A stretch of 37,303 nucleotides of DNA, from the NCBI RefSeq assembly GCF_016717175.1, contig NZ_JADKFZ010000003.1. One strand, 5' to 3'. Made by a program: the position numbers and the translations under genes. The DNA comes from Nannocystis sp. (GTDB lineage: Bacteria; Myxococcota_A; Polyangia; Nannocystales; Nannocystaceae). Shown here piece after piece: positions 18,837 to 27,071 of the stretch. Within the stretch, counting starts at the first letter, position 1. Every line of letters begins with the position of its first letter. Under the pieces are notes generated by a model. It ran no database searches, had not been told where the DNA came from, and saw nothing but the letters and a program-made list of their open reading frames with translations.

Positions 18837-20198
18837 TCAGCCCTCTTTCTCGATCTCGCTGAGGTTCTTGCGGAGGACGACCCCGAAGTCGGCCTTGCCG
18901 GGGTCGACGAAGGTGCAGAGCGCGAGGTCCTCCTCGTCGAGCTCGAGCGCGCCGAGCTGGATGGCGCGGTCGGTGTCGCCGACGAGGAGGGAGCGCAGGA
19001 GGAAGGTCGGGTGGATGTCGAGCGGCATGATGCGCTCGTACATGCCGATCGGGACCATGGCCCGCGGCGAGCCGTTGGTGGTGGTGGTCATGGCGAACTT
19101 CTTGCCGAAGAGCTTGCCGAGGAAGCCGAAGTAGACCGGAATGATGGAGAATTTTCCGGTGCCGGGGGCCAGCCAGCCGAGCAGCTCGCGGTGCCGACCC
19201 TCGAGCAGGGCGGAGACCTGGATGTGGTAGCGGCCGAGGAAGCCGAGGGCCTCGCCGCTGGCGTGGCGGCCCGAGAGCACCGAGCCGGAGACGACGCGGT
19301 TCTCGCCGGGCTTGAGCTCGCCCGTGGTGAGCTCGTCGAGGCTGGCGCCGAGCTGGGTGGCGAGCAGGCGGGGGCGTTCCACGACGGGGCCGGCGAGGCT
19401 GACGACGCGGCGGGAGTCGAGCTGGCCGGTGGCGAACAGGACGCCGACGGCGACGACGTCCTGGTAGCCGATGTGCCAGGCGACGCGCTCGCGGTCGACG
19501 GGCGAGAGCATGTGGATGTGGGTGCCGACGTTGCCGGCCGGGTGCAGGCCGTCGAAGTCCTCGACCTGGATGCCACTCGGAACCTCGATCTGCAGCTTGC
19601 TCGACTTGCAGAGGAAGGTCTTGGGGGCGAGCTTGCTGAGCACCGCGAGGCCGCGCTTGAAGTCGGCCTCCTTGCCCTTGAGCACGACGGCGACGTCGGC
19701 GGCGTGGGGGTTGGTGTCGACGGCGGTGACGAAGAGGGCGCGGGGGCTGCCGTCCGGCGCGGGCACGCGGGAGAAGGGGCGCATGCGCAGGGCGGTCCAC
19801 AGGCCCGACTCGAGCAGGAGGGCCTTGACGCTGTCGGCGCTGAGCTGCTCCGGGGCGGTGCCGGCGGTGGTGGAGTAGCTGGCGAAGCTGACCTGGTCGT
19901 CGGAGCCGTCGGGCTCGATGACCAGGGACAGGAAGGCCCGCTTCTCGCCGCGGTGGATGGCGGTGACGGTGCCGGCGACGGGGGCGGTGAAGCGGACGCC
20001 GGGGGCCTTGCGGTCCTCGAACAGGAGCTGGCCGCGCTTGACCTTGTCGCCGACCTTGGCCTCCATCTTGGGCTTCATGCCGATGTAGTCGGCGCCGAGG
20101 AGGGCGACGCGCTTGGCCGTGGCCGCGGGGGCGATGGTCTGCTGCGGGTCGCCGGCGAGGGGCAGGTCGAGGCCCTTGGTGATGCGGTGTGCTGCCAT
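18837..20198 (-). CDS. nqrA: Na+-NQR subunit A
   Basis: 453 aa starting [20 protein letters not shown], the typical NqrA N-terminus; first gene of the operon. Confidence 0.9.
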   Translation of the reverse strand: MAAHRITKGLDLPLAGDPQQTIAPAATAKRVALLGADYIGMKPKMEAKVGDKVKRGQLLFEDRKAPGVRFTAPVAGTVTAIHRGEKRAFLSLVIEPDGSDDQVSFASYSTTAGTAPEQLSADSVKALLLESGLWTALRMRPFSRVPAPDGSPRALFVTAVDTNPHAADVAVVLKGKEADFKRGLAVLSKLAPKTFLCKSSKLQIEVPSGIQVEDFDGLHPAGNVGTHIHMLSPVDRERVAWHIGYQDVVAVGVLFATGQLDSRRVVSLAGPVVERPRLLATQLGASLDELTTGELKPGENRVVSGSVLSGRHASGEALGFLGRYHIQVSALLEGRHRELLGWLAPGTGKFSIIPVYFGFLGKLFGKKFAMTTTTNGSPRAMVPIGMYERIMPLDIHPTFLLRSLLVGDTDRAIQLGALELDEEDLALCTFVDPGKADFGVVLRKNLSEIEKEG

Positions 20199-20330
20199 GG
20201 AGACCGGTGTCCTGAGTGCTTCAGCGGGACGTTGGGAGGCCGCTTTGCCGCAGCAAAGACCGCATCGGTACCCCGCTTTGAGGCGTGCAAATACTATGTT
20301 CTCGCCGGTTTGCGGAGACTGGGATAGCGG
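20199..20330 (-). promoter_or_regulatory. Putative nqr operon promoter/5' leader, with a CTTTGC-N4-GCAAAG palindrome (about 20247-20262) and an unusually AT-rich patch (gtgcaaatactatgttctc)
   Basis: This is the only AT-rich stretch in the region and lies immediately upstream of nqrA on its coding strand. The palindrome sits 50-65 nt upstream of the ATG. Confidence 0.3.
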
Positions 20331-20465
20331 CTTGGGGCGTGCGGGTCATCACGGCGGTGGCGGGGCCAATGCGGCGGACCAACGCGGGCAAATGGGGCGG
20401 TGGCGGCCCGTGCAGGGGCCGATGCAGTGGGCCGATGCGGGCCCCTGCGGTGGGGCCATGCGGGT

Positions 20466-22475
20466 CTATGCGGGCCCCCGCGGCAAGTCGGCCGCGATCG
20501 GCAATCGGTCGTAGCGCATGTTGCGGCGGGCCGGTGCGAAGCCGGCCAGGCGGATGTGGGTCTCGACCTGGGCGCTGGTCATCATGAAGTGGGCGCCGGC
20601 GGTGGAGACCACGTTCTCCTCGATCATGATCGAGCCGAAGTCGTTGGCGCCGAAGCGGAGGGCGACCTCGCCGATCTCCGGGCCGAGCGTGGGCCACGAC
20701 ACTTGCAGGTTCGGGATGTTGTCGAGGTATAGCCGGGCAAGTGCCTGGATTCGCAGGTAACGCAGGGGGCTGGTGTCGTCGCGGAGTTTGAGCCGCGTGC
20801 CTTCGGCCTGGAACGGCCAGGTGATGAAGGCGGTGAAGCCGTGGGTGTCGTCTTGCAGGCGGCGGAGGCGGTCCATGTGGAGGAGCAGCTGTTCGGAGCT
20901 CTCCTGGAAGCCGAACACCATGGTCGCGGTGGTCTTCATGCCGAGGTCGTGGGCCTCGCGCATGACGGCGAGCCACTCGTCGGCGGTGTTCTTGAACGGG
21001 GAGATGCGGGTGCGGATCTCGTCGTCGAGGATCTCGGCGCCGCCGCCGGGGAGGGAGTCCATGCCGGCGGCGCGCAGGCGGACGAGGACCTCGCGGATCG
21101 GGAGGTCGGCGAGCTCGGCGATGTGGATGATCTCGGTGGGGGAGAGGGCGTGGAGGGCGAGCTTGAAGTTCTGCTTGGTCCAGCGGAACAGGTCCTCGTA
21201 GTAGGCGAGGTCGAGGGCGGGGTTGAGGCCGCCTTGCAGGAGGATCTGGACGCCGCCGAGGGACTCGGTCTCGCGGAACTTCTCGGCCAGGGTCTCGCGG
21301 CTCAGGACGTAGCCGCCGGCGGCGCCGGGCGGCGTGTAAAAATTGCAGAACTTGCAGCGAGTTACGCAGATGTTTGTGTAGTTGACGTTGCGGTCGATGA
21401 TGTAGGTGACGACGCCGTCGGGATGGAGCATCTGGCGGCGGTGGTCGGCGGCGGCGCCGAGCGCGTTGAGGTCGGCGTTCTCGTAGAGGAAGATCCCCTC
21501 GGCGAGATCGAGGCGGCCGCCGTTTGCGGCACGGGCGAGGAGCTCGTCGACCTGCATGGCCGGACGCGGCTGACGGGCGACGCGGAGGGCCTCCGATTCG
21601 CCGCCGCCGGCGAAGCGGACGTGGATGGTGTCGTCGTCGGCGAGGCCGGGGATCTGGACCAGGCCGGCCTCGCGGGCGCGGGTGAGGAACTCGACCAGGC
21701 CCTCGCGCTCCTTGGTGCTGAGGCTGTAGCGGATCGATCGCCGGAGGTAGTTGGCGTAGGCGTTCTCCGAGAGGATGGTCGGGTCGCCCCCCTGCGAGAG
21801 GGCTGCGAGGCGCGTCTGGCGGTAGGCGCGGGCGAGGTCCTCGGCGTGCTTGAGGCCGTAGGCGCGGGCCTGCTGCAGGGCGGCGACGTGGGCCGGGGTG
21901 AGCAGGCCGGGGCGGGCGGCCCAGAACGCGAACACGAAGGGGAGGCCGGTGGTTGCCTGCCAGAGGTTGCCGAGGTCGTGGACGTGTGGACCGGAGAGGC
22001 CGAGGGCGGCGTCGCCGATGATGAGGGCGGCGTCGCGGCCGTGGACGCGGGCGAGGCCCTCGCGGTGCGGGGCCGTGACGAACTCGGGGTGGACGCCGCG
22101 GGCGGCGAGCAGGAGCTGGACGAGCAGGGCGGAGCTGCGGGAGGCGGCGTCGAGGTGAACGCGGGCGATGTCGACGAGCGGGACCTCGGCGACGAGCACG
22201 ACGGAGAGGACGGGGCCGCGGCAGCCGATCCCGACCTCGGGGACGACCTCCCACTCGGGGTGGGCCGCGTAGGCGCCGACCGGGACGAGGGCCACGTCGC
22301 ACTCACCCTGCTCGAGCTGGCGGGCGCACTCGGAGGGCAGGGCGGTGTGGACCTCGAAGAGCGGCTGGCCGTCGGGGTCGAGGAAGCGGGGGGCGCCGGG
22401 GAGGTGCTCGCCGGTCAGCGGGTGCACGAGCGGCCAGGCGTTGAGGAAGGAGACGGCGCAGACTCGCAGCGGCAT
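20466..22475 (-). CDS. mqnA: In-frame fusion of MqnA (chorismate dehydratase, futalosine pathway) with a MqnE/MqnC-family radical-SAM enzyme (aminodeoxyfutalosine synthase or cyclic dehypoxanthinyl-futalosine synthase)
   Basis: The N-terminal half MPLRVCAVSFLNAWPL...GDAALGL...TGLPFVFAFWAAR matches MqnA (PF02621) motifs. The C-terminal half MQVDELLARAANGGRLDLAEGIFLYENADLNALGAAA...VTYIIDRNVNYTNICVTRCKFCNFY carries the radical-SAM CxxxCxxC and the MqnC/MqnE N-terminal pattern. No stop codon separates the halves. The start is chosen at the internal Met (22475); the ORF-track start at 22571 would add 32 aa. Confidence 0.75.
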   Translation of the reverse strand: MPLRVCAVSFLNAWPLVHPLTGEHLPGAPRFLDPDGQPLFEVHTALPSECARQLEQGECDVALVPVGAYAAHPEWEVVPEVGIGCRGPVLSVVLVAEVPLVDIARVHLDAASRSSALLVQLLLAARGVHPEFVTAPHREGLARVHGRDAALIIGDAALGLSGPHVHDLGNLWQATTGLPFVFAFWAARPGLLTPAHVAALQQARAYGLKHAEDLARAYRQTRLAALSQGGDPTILSENAYANYLRRSIRYSLSTKEREGLVEFLTRAREAGLVQIPGLADDDTIHVRFAGGGESEALRVARQPRPAMQVDELLARAANGGRLDLAEGIFLYENADLNALGAAADHRRQMLHPDGVVTYIIDRNVNYTNICVTRCKFCNFYTPPGAAGGYVLSRETLAEKFRETESLGGVQILLQGGLNPALDLAYYEDLFRWTKQNFKLALHALSPTEIIHIAELADLPIREVLVRLRAAGMDSLPGGGAEILDDEIRTRISPFKNTADEWLAVMREAHDLGMKTTATMVFGFQESSEQLLLHMDRLRRLQDDTHGFTAFITWPFQAEGTRLKLRDDTSPLRYLRIQALARLYLDNIPNLQVSWPTLGPEIGEVALRFGANDFGSIMIEENVVSTAGAHFMMTSAQVETHIRLAGFAPARRNMRYDRLPIAADLPRGPA

Positions 22476-22620
22476 GGCGCGGCGATTGTAGAGGAGGGGC
22501 GGCGGTGCGGCGAGGCGTGCGACCGGGTGGTCGCAGGCGATCGCGGCGGGCGCCAGCAATGGCGACGGCACGCGGGGTGGCGTGCCGATGCATCGCGCAG
22601 GAGGGCCGGCGGGCCTCGGC

Positions 22621-23175
22621 TCAGCAGGTGCCGGTGAACTTCACCGGGACGCCGACCTGGGCGGCCTTGCAGGCGTTCGCGTAGGTCTTGCCGTTGCACC
22701 CGCACACGGGCTTCCACAGGCCGGAGCAGGAGACCGGGCGGGCCTGACAGGCGCCGGTGCTGCCGCAGGCGCCGGTGGCGGTGGCACAGTACTCGGTGGC
22801 GCCGCACTCGGCGTTGCTCGTGCAGCTTGGAGGCGGACAGTTGCCGGCGAAGTCGACGCTCTGCTTGGCCTGGGCGGCGTTGCAGCTGTTGTTGAAGTTG
22901 CCGCCGTCGCAGCTGCACACCGGTGCGCGGGTGCGGTCGCACTCGGCGGGGACCGGGGTGCACAGGCCCTCGCGCCCGCACTCGCCCTCGGGCGTGAGGC
23001 AGTACTCCTCGACGACACACTCCTTGCTGCTCAGGCAGGGGCCGCCGGGGACCGGCTCACCCTCACGGTCCTGGGCCGCGGCGGGGCCGGGATCGGGCGG
23101 CGCATCGCAGCCCGCGACGGCGAACGAGAGCACCAGTGACAAGCATCCCCACGCAGCAGCTTTTTTGGTCCGCAT
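22621..23175 (-). CDS. Secreted lipoprotein with two Kazal-like (serine protease inhibitor-type) Cys-rich domains
   Basis: Start MRTKKAAAWGCLSLVLSFAVAGC has a lipobox. Two domains, CSCDGGNFNNSCNAAQAKQSVDFAGNC and CGCNGKTYANACKAAQVGVPVKFTGTC, fit the Kazal Cys spacing (C-x-C..Y.N.C..C....). Confidence 0.55.
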   Translation of the reverse strand: MRTKKAAAWGCLSLVLSFAVAGCDAPPDPGPAAAQDREGEPVPGGPCLSSKECVVEEYCLTPEGECGREGLCTPVPAECDRTRAPVCSCDGGNFNNSCNAAQAKQSVDFAGNCPPPSCTSNAECGATEYCATATGACGSTGACQARPVSCSGLWKPVCGCNGKTYANACKAAQVGVPVKFTGTC

Positions 23176-23501
23176 CAACGCACCTCCATCCATCGCGACG
23201 CGAGGCATCGCAGTTCGCAACATACGCCATCGCAAACCGGCAGCGAAGTAAATTACAGCGCGGGGGCAGCGGGCGACAGCGCGGGGCGGCGGCGACACCG
23301 ACAGAAGTCGTCATGATGCGGACACTCGTTCGCCGATGCTTCGCCCGCCGAAGGGCTGCGGGCTGGTCGGCGATACCTCGCCGCGGGGCGCGCGAGGGCC
23401 CCCCTGTGCAGGCATTATCGCAAGATGGTGCGCACTAACGGCCGCTGCAAAGCGGGGCGTGGGACGATAGCCTGGAGGGCGTGCGCGGGGGTTGGGCGGC
23501 G

Positions 23502-24338
23502 ATGGGTGTGATGCTGGTCGGCTGCAGTCGACCCAATCCTCTGTTTGTGCTCGCCACGGAGGGGGCCGACTCCACCTCGTTGGCGACCTCGGTGAGCGCC
23601 GGGCCGAGTACGGGGGCCGAGGGCACCGGGGCCGCTTCGTCGGGTGAGACCGGCGCATCGGACACGACGGGCGGCGTGGTGATGACGACGAGCACGAGTG
23701 CGGGCACGAGCACGAGTCAGGGGACGAGCACGGGCGAGGGGACGAGCACGGGTGATGCGATGAGCACCGGGGCGGACGGGTCGTCGAGCGGTGAGACCAC
23801 CGGCGGGGGAGAGAAGGAGGTGCTCGAGTACGACCTGTGGGAGCTGTGTCCGGAGCCGATCACGAGCTGGAACTCGGAGGGGCAGCTGCCGCTCCCGCTG
23901 ATGTGCAATGTGGCACCGATGCCGCCGCAGGCGCCGTGGGCGGGGAAGTTGCTCCCGGGGTTCAAGTTCGATGGTGTGCTGGAGCCGCACGTGCTGGCGG
24001 AGGTGCCGTTCCCGGGGGTGGGAAATTCGGTGACTGGCTTCTATTCGGGGCTGGTGCTCAACGGGGTGAATTCGCCGCGGCTGGTCACTGTGCTGATCTG
24101 CCCGGGGCCGGGGAGCTGCGACATCGTCGGTGGGATCCGGGTCGAGGTGGAGAACGTGGTCCAGGCGTTCAAGGAGAACATCTCGCTGGGCATGGGGGAG
24201 TTTGCGAAGATCGACATCCCCCTCGAGGTGGTCAACGACGGGACGCCCTTCGACGTGGCGATGGTCGTGACCTCCAAGGTCGACGCGGCGTCGAGTCGTG
24301 GGCTGTGGCTGCGGCCGCGGATCGTCAGCTCGCCGTGA
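23502..24338 (+). CDS. hypothetical lipoprotein with a G/S/T-rich low-complexity linker
   Basis: MGVMLVGCSRP has a lipobox, followed by a ~100-aa STG-rich linker (GTSTSQGTSTGEGTSTG) and a Cys-containing globular C-terminal domain. Its 3' end overlaps the convergent aminotransferase by 14 nt. Confidence 0.45.
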   Translation: MGVMLVGCSRPNPLFVLATEGADSTSLATSVSAGPSTGAEGTGAASSGETGASDTTGGVVMTTSTSAGTSTSQGTSTGEGTSTGDAMSTGADGSSSGETTGGGEKEVLEYDLWELCPEPITSWNSEGQLPLPLMCNVAPMPPQAPWAGKLLPGFKFDGVLEPHVLAEVPFPGVGNSVTGFYSGLVLNGVNSPRLVTVLICPGPGSCDIVGGIRVEVENVVQAFKENISLGMGEFAKIDIPLEVVNDGTPFDVAMVVTSKVDAASSRGLWLRPRIVSSP

Positions 24339-25545
24339 TGTGCAGCTCGTGGGCGAGGGCCTGGGCGAGGGCGTCGTAGTCTTCGTCGCGGTTGTAGGCC
24401 TGGGCGGAGATGCGGATCAGGCGGCGGGGCGGGGCGGGCCACACGGGCCAAACGGGCCAAACGGGAATGGGGACCTCGATGTGGTGGCGCTCGTAGAGGG
24501 CGAGCTGGAGCGGGTCGGCGTGGAACGGGGAGGCCAGACCGCCGGGGCCGTCGGGGAGGGGCAGGGCGGCGAGGTTGCCGAGCATGGCGTCGGGGGCCGG
24601 GGCGGCGACGCCGAGGACGGCGGCGAGGCGGTCGCGCCCGCGGAGCAGCTGGGCGTGGTTGCGGGCGCGGAGCTCGGGCCAGCCGCCGGGGAACAGCTCG
24701 CCGAGCCAGCGGATCGCCGGGGCGACGCACAGCCAGGGGGTCGGGTCGTCGGTGCCGGTCCAGTCGAACTCCTCCCACAGGGCCGGGCGGCCGCGGGCGG
24801 TGAGGTTGTAGCCGTGGCTGATGATGGTCGGGTGGAGGCCCGATTGGCGATCGCGGCGGACGTGCAAGATGGCGGCGCCCTTGGGGGCGCAGACCCACTT
24901 GTGGAAGTTGCCGGTGTAGTAGGCGGCGCCGAGGGCGTCGAGCTCGAGCGGGACCATGCCGGGGCCGTGGGCGCCGTCGACCAGGGTGTCGACGCCGCGC
25001 TCACGCAGGGCCGCGACGATCTCGGCGACCGGGAAGATGAGGCCGGTCGGGCTGGTGATGTGGTCGACGAGGGCGAGGCGCGTGCGCGGGCTGACGCCGG
25101 CGAGCAGCGGGGCGACGACCTCGTCGGGGCCGGCGATCGGGAAGGGCACGTGGACGACGACGAGGCGGGCGCCGCTGCGCTCGCAGAGGTGGCGCAGGGC
25201 GTTGTGGCAGGCGCCGTAGACGTGGTCGGTGGTGAGCAGCTCGTCGCCGGGTTCGAGGCGCAGCGAGCCGAGCACGGCGGCGACGCCGGCGGTGGCGTTG
25301 CGGACGAAGGCGAGGTCCTCCGGGCGGGCGCCGAGGAAGCCGGCGACCTGCTCACGGGCGTGGTCGAGGAGGGGCCCCAGGGCGTGGATGTAGAAGTGGA
25401 CCGGCTCGCGCTCGATGACGGCGCGCAGGCGGTCCTGCTCGGCGAGGATGACCCGCGGGCAGGCGCCGAAGGAGCCGTGGTTGAGGAAGACGACCGCGGG
25501 GTCGAGGGTCCAGTGGGCGCGGAGATCGTCCGCCGTCGGCCGCAT
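24325..25545 (-). CDS. Class V (fold type I) PLP-dependent aminotransferase / isopenicillin-N-epimerase-like
   Basis: FLNHGSFGACP near the N-terminus; the PLP-lysine motif GNFHKW; ~400 aa. Start MRPTADDLRAHWTLDPAVVFLNHGS. Confidence 0.8.
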   Translation of the reverse strand: MRPTADDLRAHWTLDPAVVFLNHGSFGACPRVILAEQDRLRAVIEREPVHFYIHALGPLLDHAREQVAGFLGARPEDLAFVRNATAGVAAVLGSLRLEPGDELLTTDHVYGACHNALRHLCERSGARLVVVHVPFPIAGPDEVVAPLLAGVSPRTRLALVDHITSPTGLIFPVAEIVAALRERGVDTLVDGAHGPGMVPLELDALGAAYYTGNFHKWVCAPKGAAILHVRRDRQSGLHPTIISHGYNLTARGRPALWEEFDWTGTDDPTPWLCVAPAIRWLGELFPGGWPELRARNHAQLLRGRDRLAAVLGVAAPAPDAMLGNLAALPLPDGPGGLASPFHADPLQLALYERHHIEVPIPVWPVWPVWPAPPRRLIRISAQAYNRDEDYDALAQALAHELHITAS

Positions 25546-25567
25546 GCCGGCGAGTATACTGCGGCCG

Positions 25568-26884
25568 ATGCTGCGCACGGCGGTCCGTAACAGCTTCGGG
25601 GCGGCGCTGCGGGTGTTCTTTCGCCGCATCGAGGTGGTGGGGGCGGAGCGGGTGCCGGCGACGGGGCCGGTGATCTTCGTGCTGAACCACCCGAACGCGC
25701 TGATCGACCCGGCCTTCTTGCTGTGCCTGGCGCCGCGTCCGGTGTCGTTCCTGGCCAAGGCGCCGCTGTTTCAGACGCCGGTGCTGGGGTGGATCGTGCG
25801 GGCCTTCGACTCGATCCCGATCCACCGCAAGCAGGACGAGGGCGGGGCGGTCGACAACCGCGACACCTTCAAGCTGGCGCGCGAGCTGCTGCAGCGGGGC
25901 CAGACGGTGGCGATCTTCCCGGAGGGGACCTCGCACAGCGAGCCGCACCTGAAGCCGCTGAAGACGGGGGCGGCCCGCATCGCCCTGGGGACCGGGCTCG
26001 CGGACCTGAAGATCGTGCCGACGGGGCTGTACTACGTCAACAAGGCGAAGTTTCGCAGCGACGCGCTGGTGGTCTACGGCGAGCCGTTTGGCGTTGAAGC
26101 AGCGGTGGGCGAGCCCGGGGCGGAGCCGGCGGCGGCGGCGGTGCAGGCGTTGACGGGGCGGATCGAGCGGGCGCTCGGCGAGGTGCTGCTGCAGGCGGAC
26201 CAGGCGGAGGCGCTGGCGCTGGTCGAGCGGGTCAGCCGGATCTTCGCGGCGACCAGCGAGGCGCCGTGGTCGCTGGCGGAGGGCTTCGAGCTGCGCCGGC
26301 GGGTCGCGGCCGGGTACTCGCGGCTAAGAGAGGCGGACCCGGTGGCGGTGGCGGCCGTGCGGGCCCGGGTGGAGCGCTACGAGCAGGATCTGGCGGCGCT
26401 GGGGATGTCGCCGGAGCACTACGGGCCGGCGGACTTCACGGTGATGGGGAGCGTCCGCTACGCGCTGCGCAGCGCGGGGAGCCTGCTGTTGCTGCTGCCG
26501 CTGGCGCTGCTCGGGACGGCGCTGCACCTGCCGATCTACCTCGTGATCGATGCGATCGCAGGGCGGATCGCCCGCGATGAGATGGACATGCCGGCGACGA
26601 TCAAGCTGCTGGCGGCGATGCTGCTGTACCCGCTGGCGTGGATCACGATCGGGGTGGTGGCCGGGGTGCTGTGGGGAGGGGCGTGGGGGGTGCTGGCGGG
26701 GCTGCTGGCGCCGATCAGCGCGGCGGCGGCGTTGTTGTTTCGCGAGCGCTTCGCCACGGTCGGGGCGGCGGCGCGGGGGCTGCTGCTGTTCGTGACGCGG
26801 CGCAACACGCTGGCGCGGCTGCACGGCGATCGCATGGCGATCCGGGCGGCGATCGTGGAGCTGGCGCGGCGGGTCGAGGGCTGA
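25568..26884 (+). CDS. PlsC-like lysophospholipid acyltransferase with a C-terminal multi-TM extension
   Basis: HxxxxD acyltransferase motif VLNHPNALID and the FPEGT motif, followed by a hydrophobic C-terminal third. Start ambiguity: ATG 25568 (MLRTAV..) or ATG 25544 (MPASIL..), the latter overlapping the divergent aminotransferase start. Confidence 0.7.
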   Translation: MLRTAVRNSFGAALRVFFRRIEVVGAERVPATGPVIFVLNHPNALIDPAFLLCLAPRPVSFLAKAPLFQTPVLGWIVRAFDSIPIHRKQDEGGAVDNRDTFKLARELLQRGQTVAIFPEGTSHSEPHLKPLKTGAARIALGTGLADLKIVPTGLYYVNKAKFRSDALVVYGEPFGVEAAVGEPGAEPAAAAVQALTGRIERALGEVLLQADQAEALALVERVSRIFAATSEAPWSLAEGFELRRRVAAGYSRLREADPVAVAAVRARVERYEQDLAALGMSPEHYGPADFTVMGSVRYALRSAGSLLLLLPLALLGTALHLPIYLVIDAIAGRIARDEMDMPATIKLLAAMLLYPLAWITIGVVAGVLWGGAWGVLAGLLAPISAAAALLFRERFATVGAAARGLLLFVTRRNTLARLHGDRMAIRAAIVELARRVEG

Positions 26885-26990
26885 GGCTGGCGGAAGGGAC
26901 AGGCTGGTCGAAGGGACAGGCTGGCCGAAGGGACAGACTGGCGGAAGGGACAGGCTGGCCGAAGGGACAGGCTGGCCGAAGGGTCAGGTC
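26882..26990. repeat. Six tandem copies of a 17-bp unit GGCTGGCCGAAGGGACA, bounded by the TGA of the + gene and (via ggTCAgg) the stop of the - strand reading frame
   Basis: Copies in order: ggctggcggaagggaca / ggctggtcgaagggaca / ggctggccgaagggaca / gactggcggaagggaca / ggctggccgaagggaca / ggctggccgaagggtca, then ggtcgcgggtgggg. Confidence 0.85.
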
Positions 26991-27071
26991 GCGGGTGGGG
27001 CCGGGGCGGCGCCGGGCGGGCTCGTGGGTCGATCCGCGGGCTCGCCAGCGGGCGCGGCGGGCAAGGGGAGC

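Noticed and set aside
22476-22571. 32 extra N-terminal codons on the mqn fusion (MPSPLLAPAAIACDHPVARLAAPPPLLYNRRA)
   Set aside because: MqnA family proteins begin with M.hRVG/C.hS/PYLN; MPLRVCAVSFLNAWPL at 22475 fits, whereas the upstream extension is Pro/Ala-rich. The longer start cannot be excluded without homolog alignment.
26882-26990. Possible CRISPR array (also considered for 31872..32054)
   Set aside because: Units are only 17-22 bp and directly abutting, with no intervening unique spacers. Copies are degenerate rather than identical, and no cas genes are present. This is a tandem or palindromic repeat element, not CRISPR.
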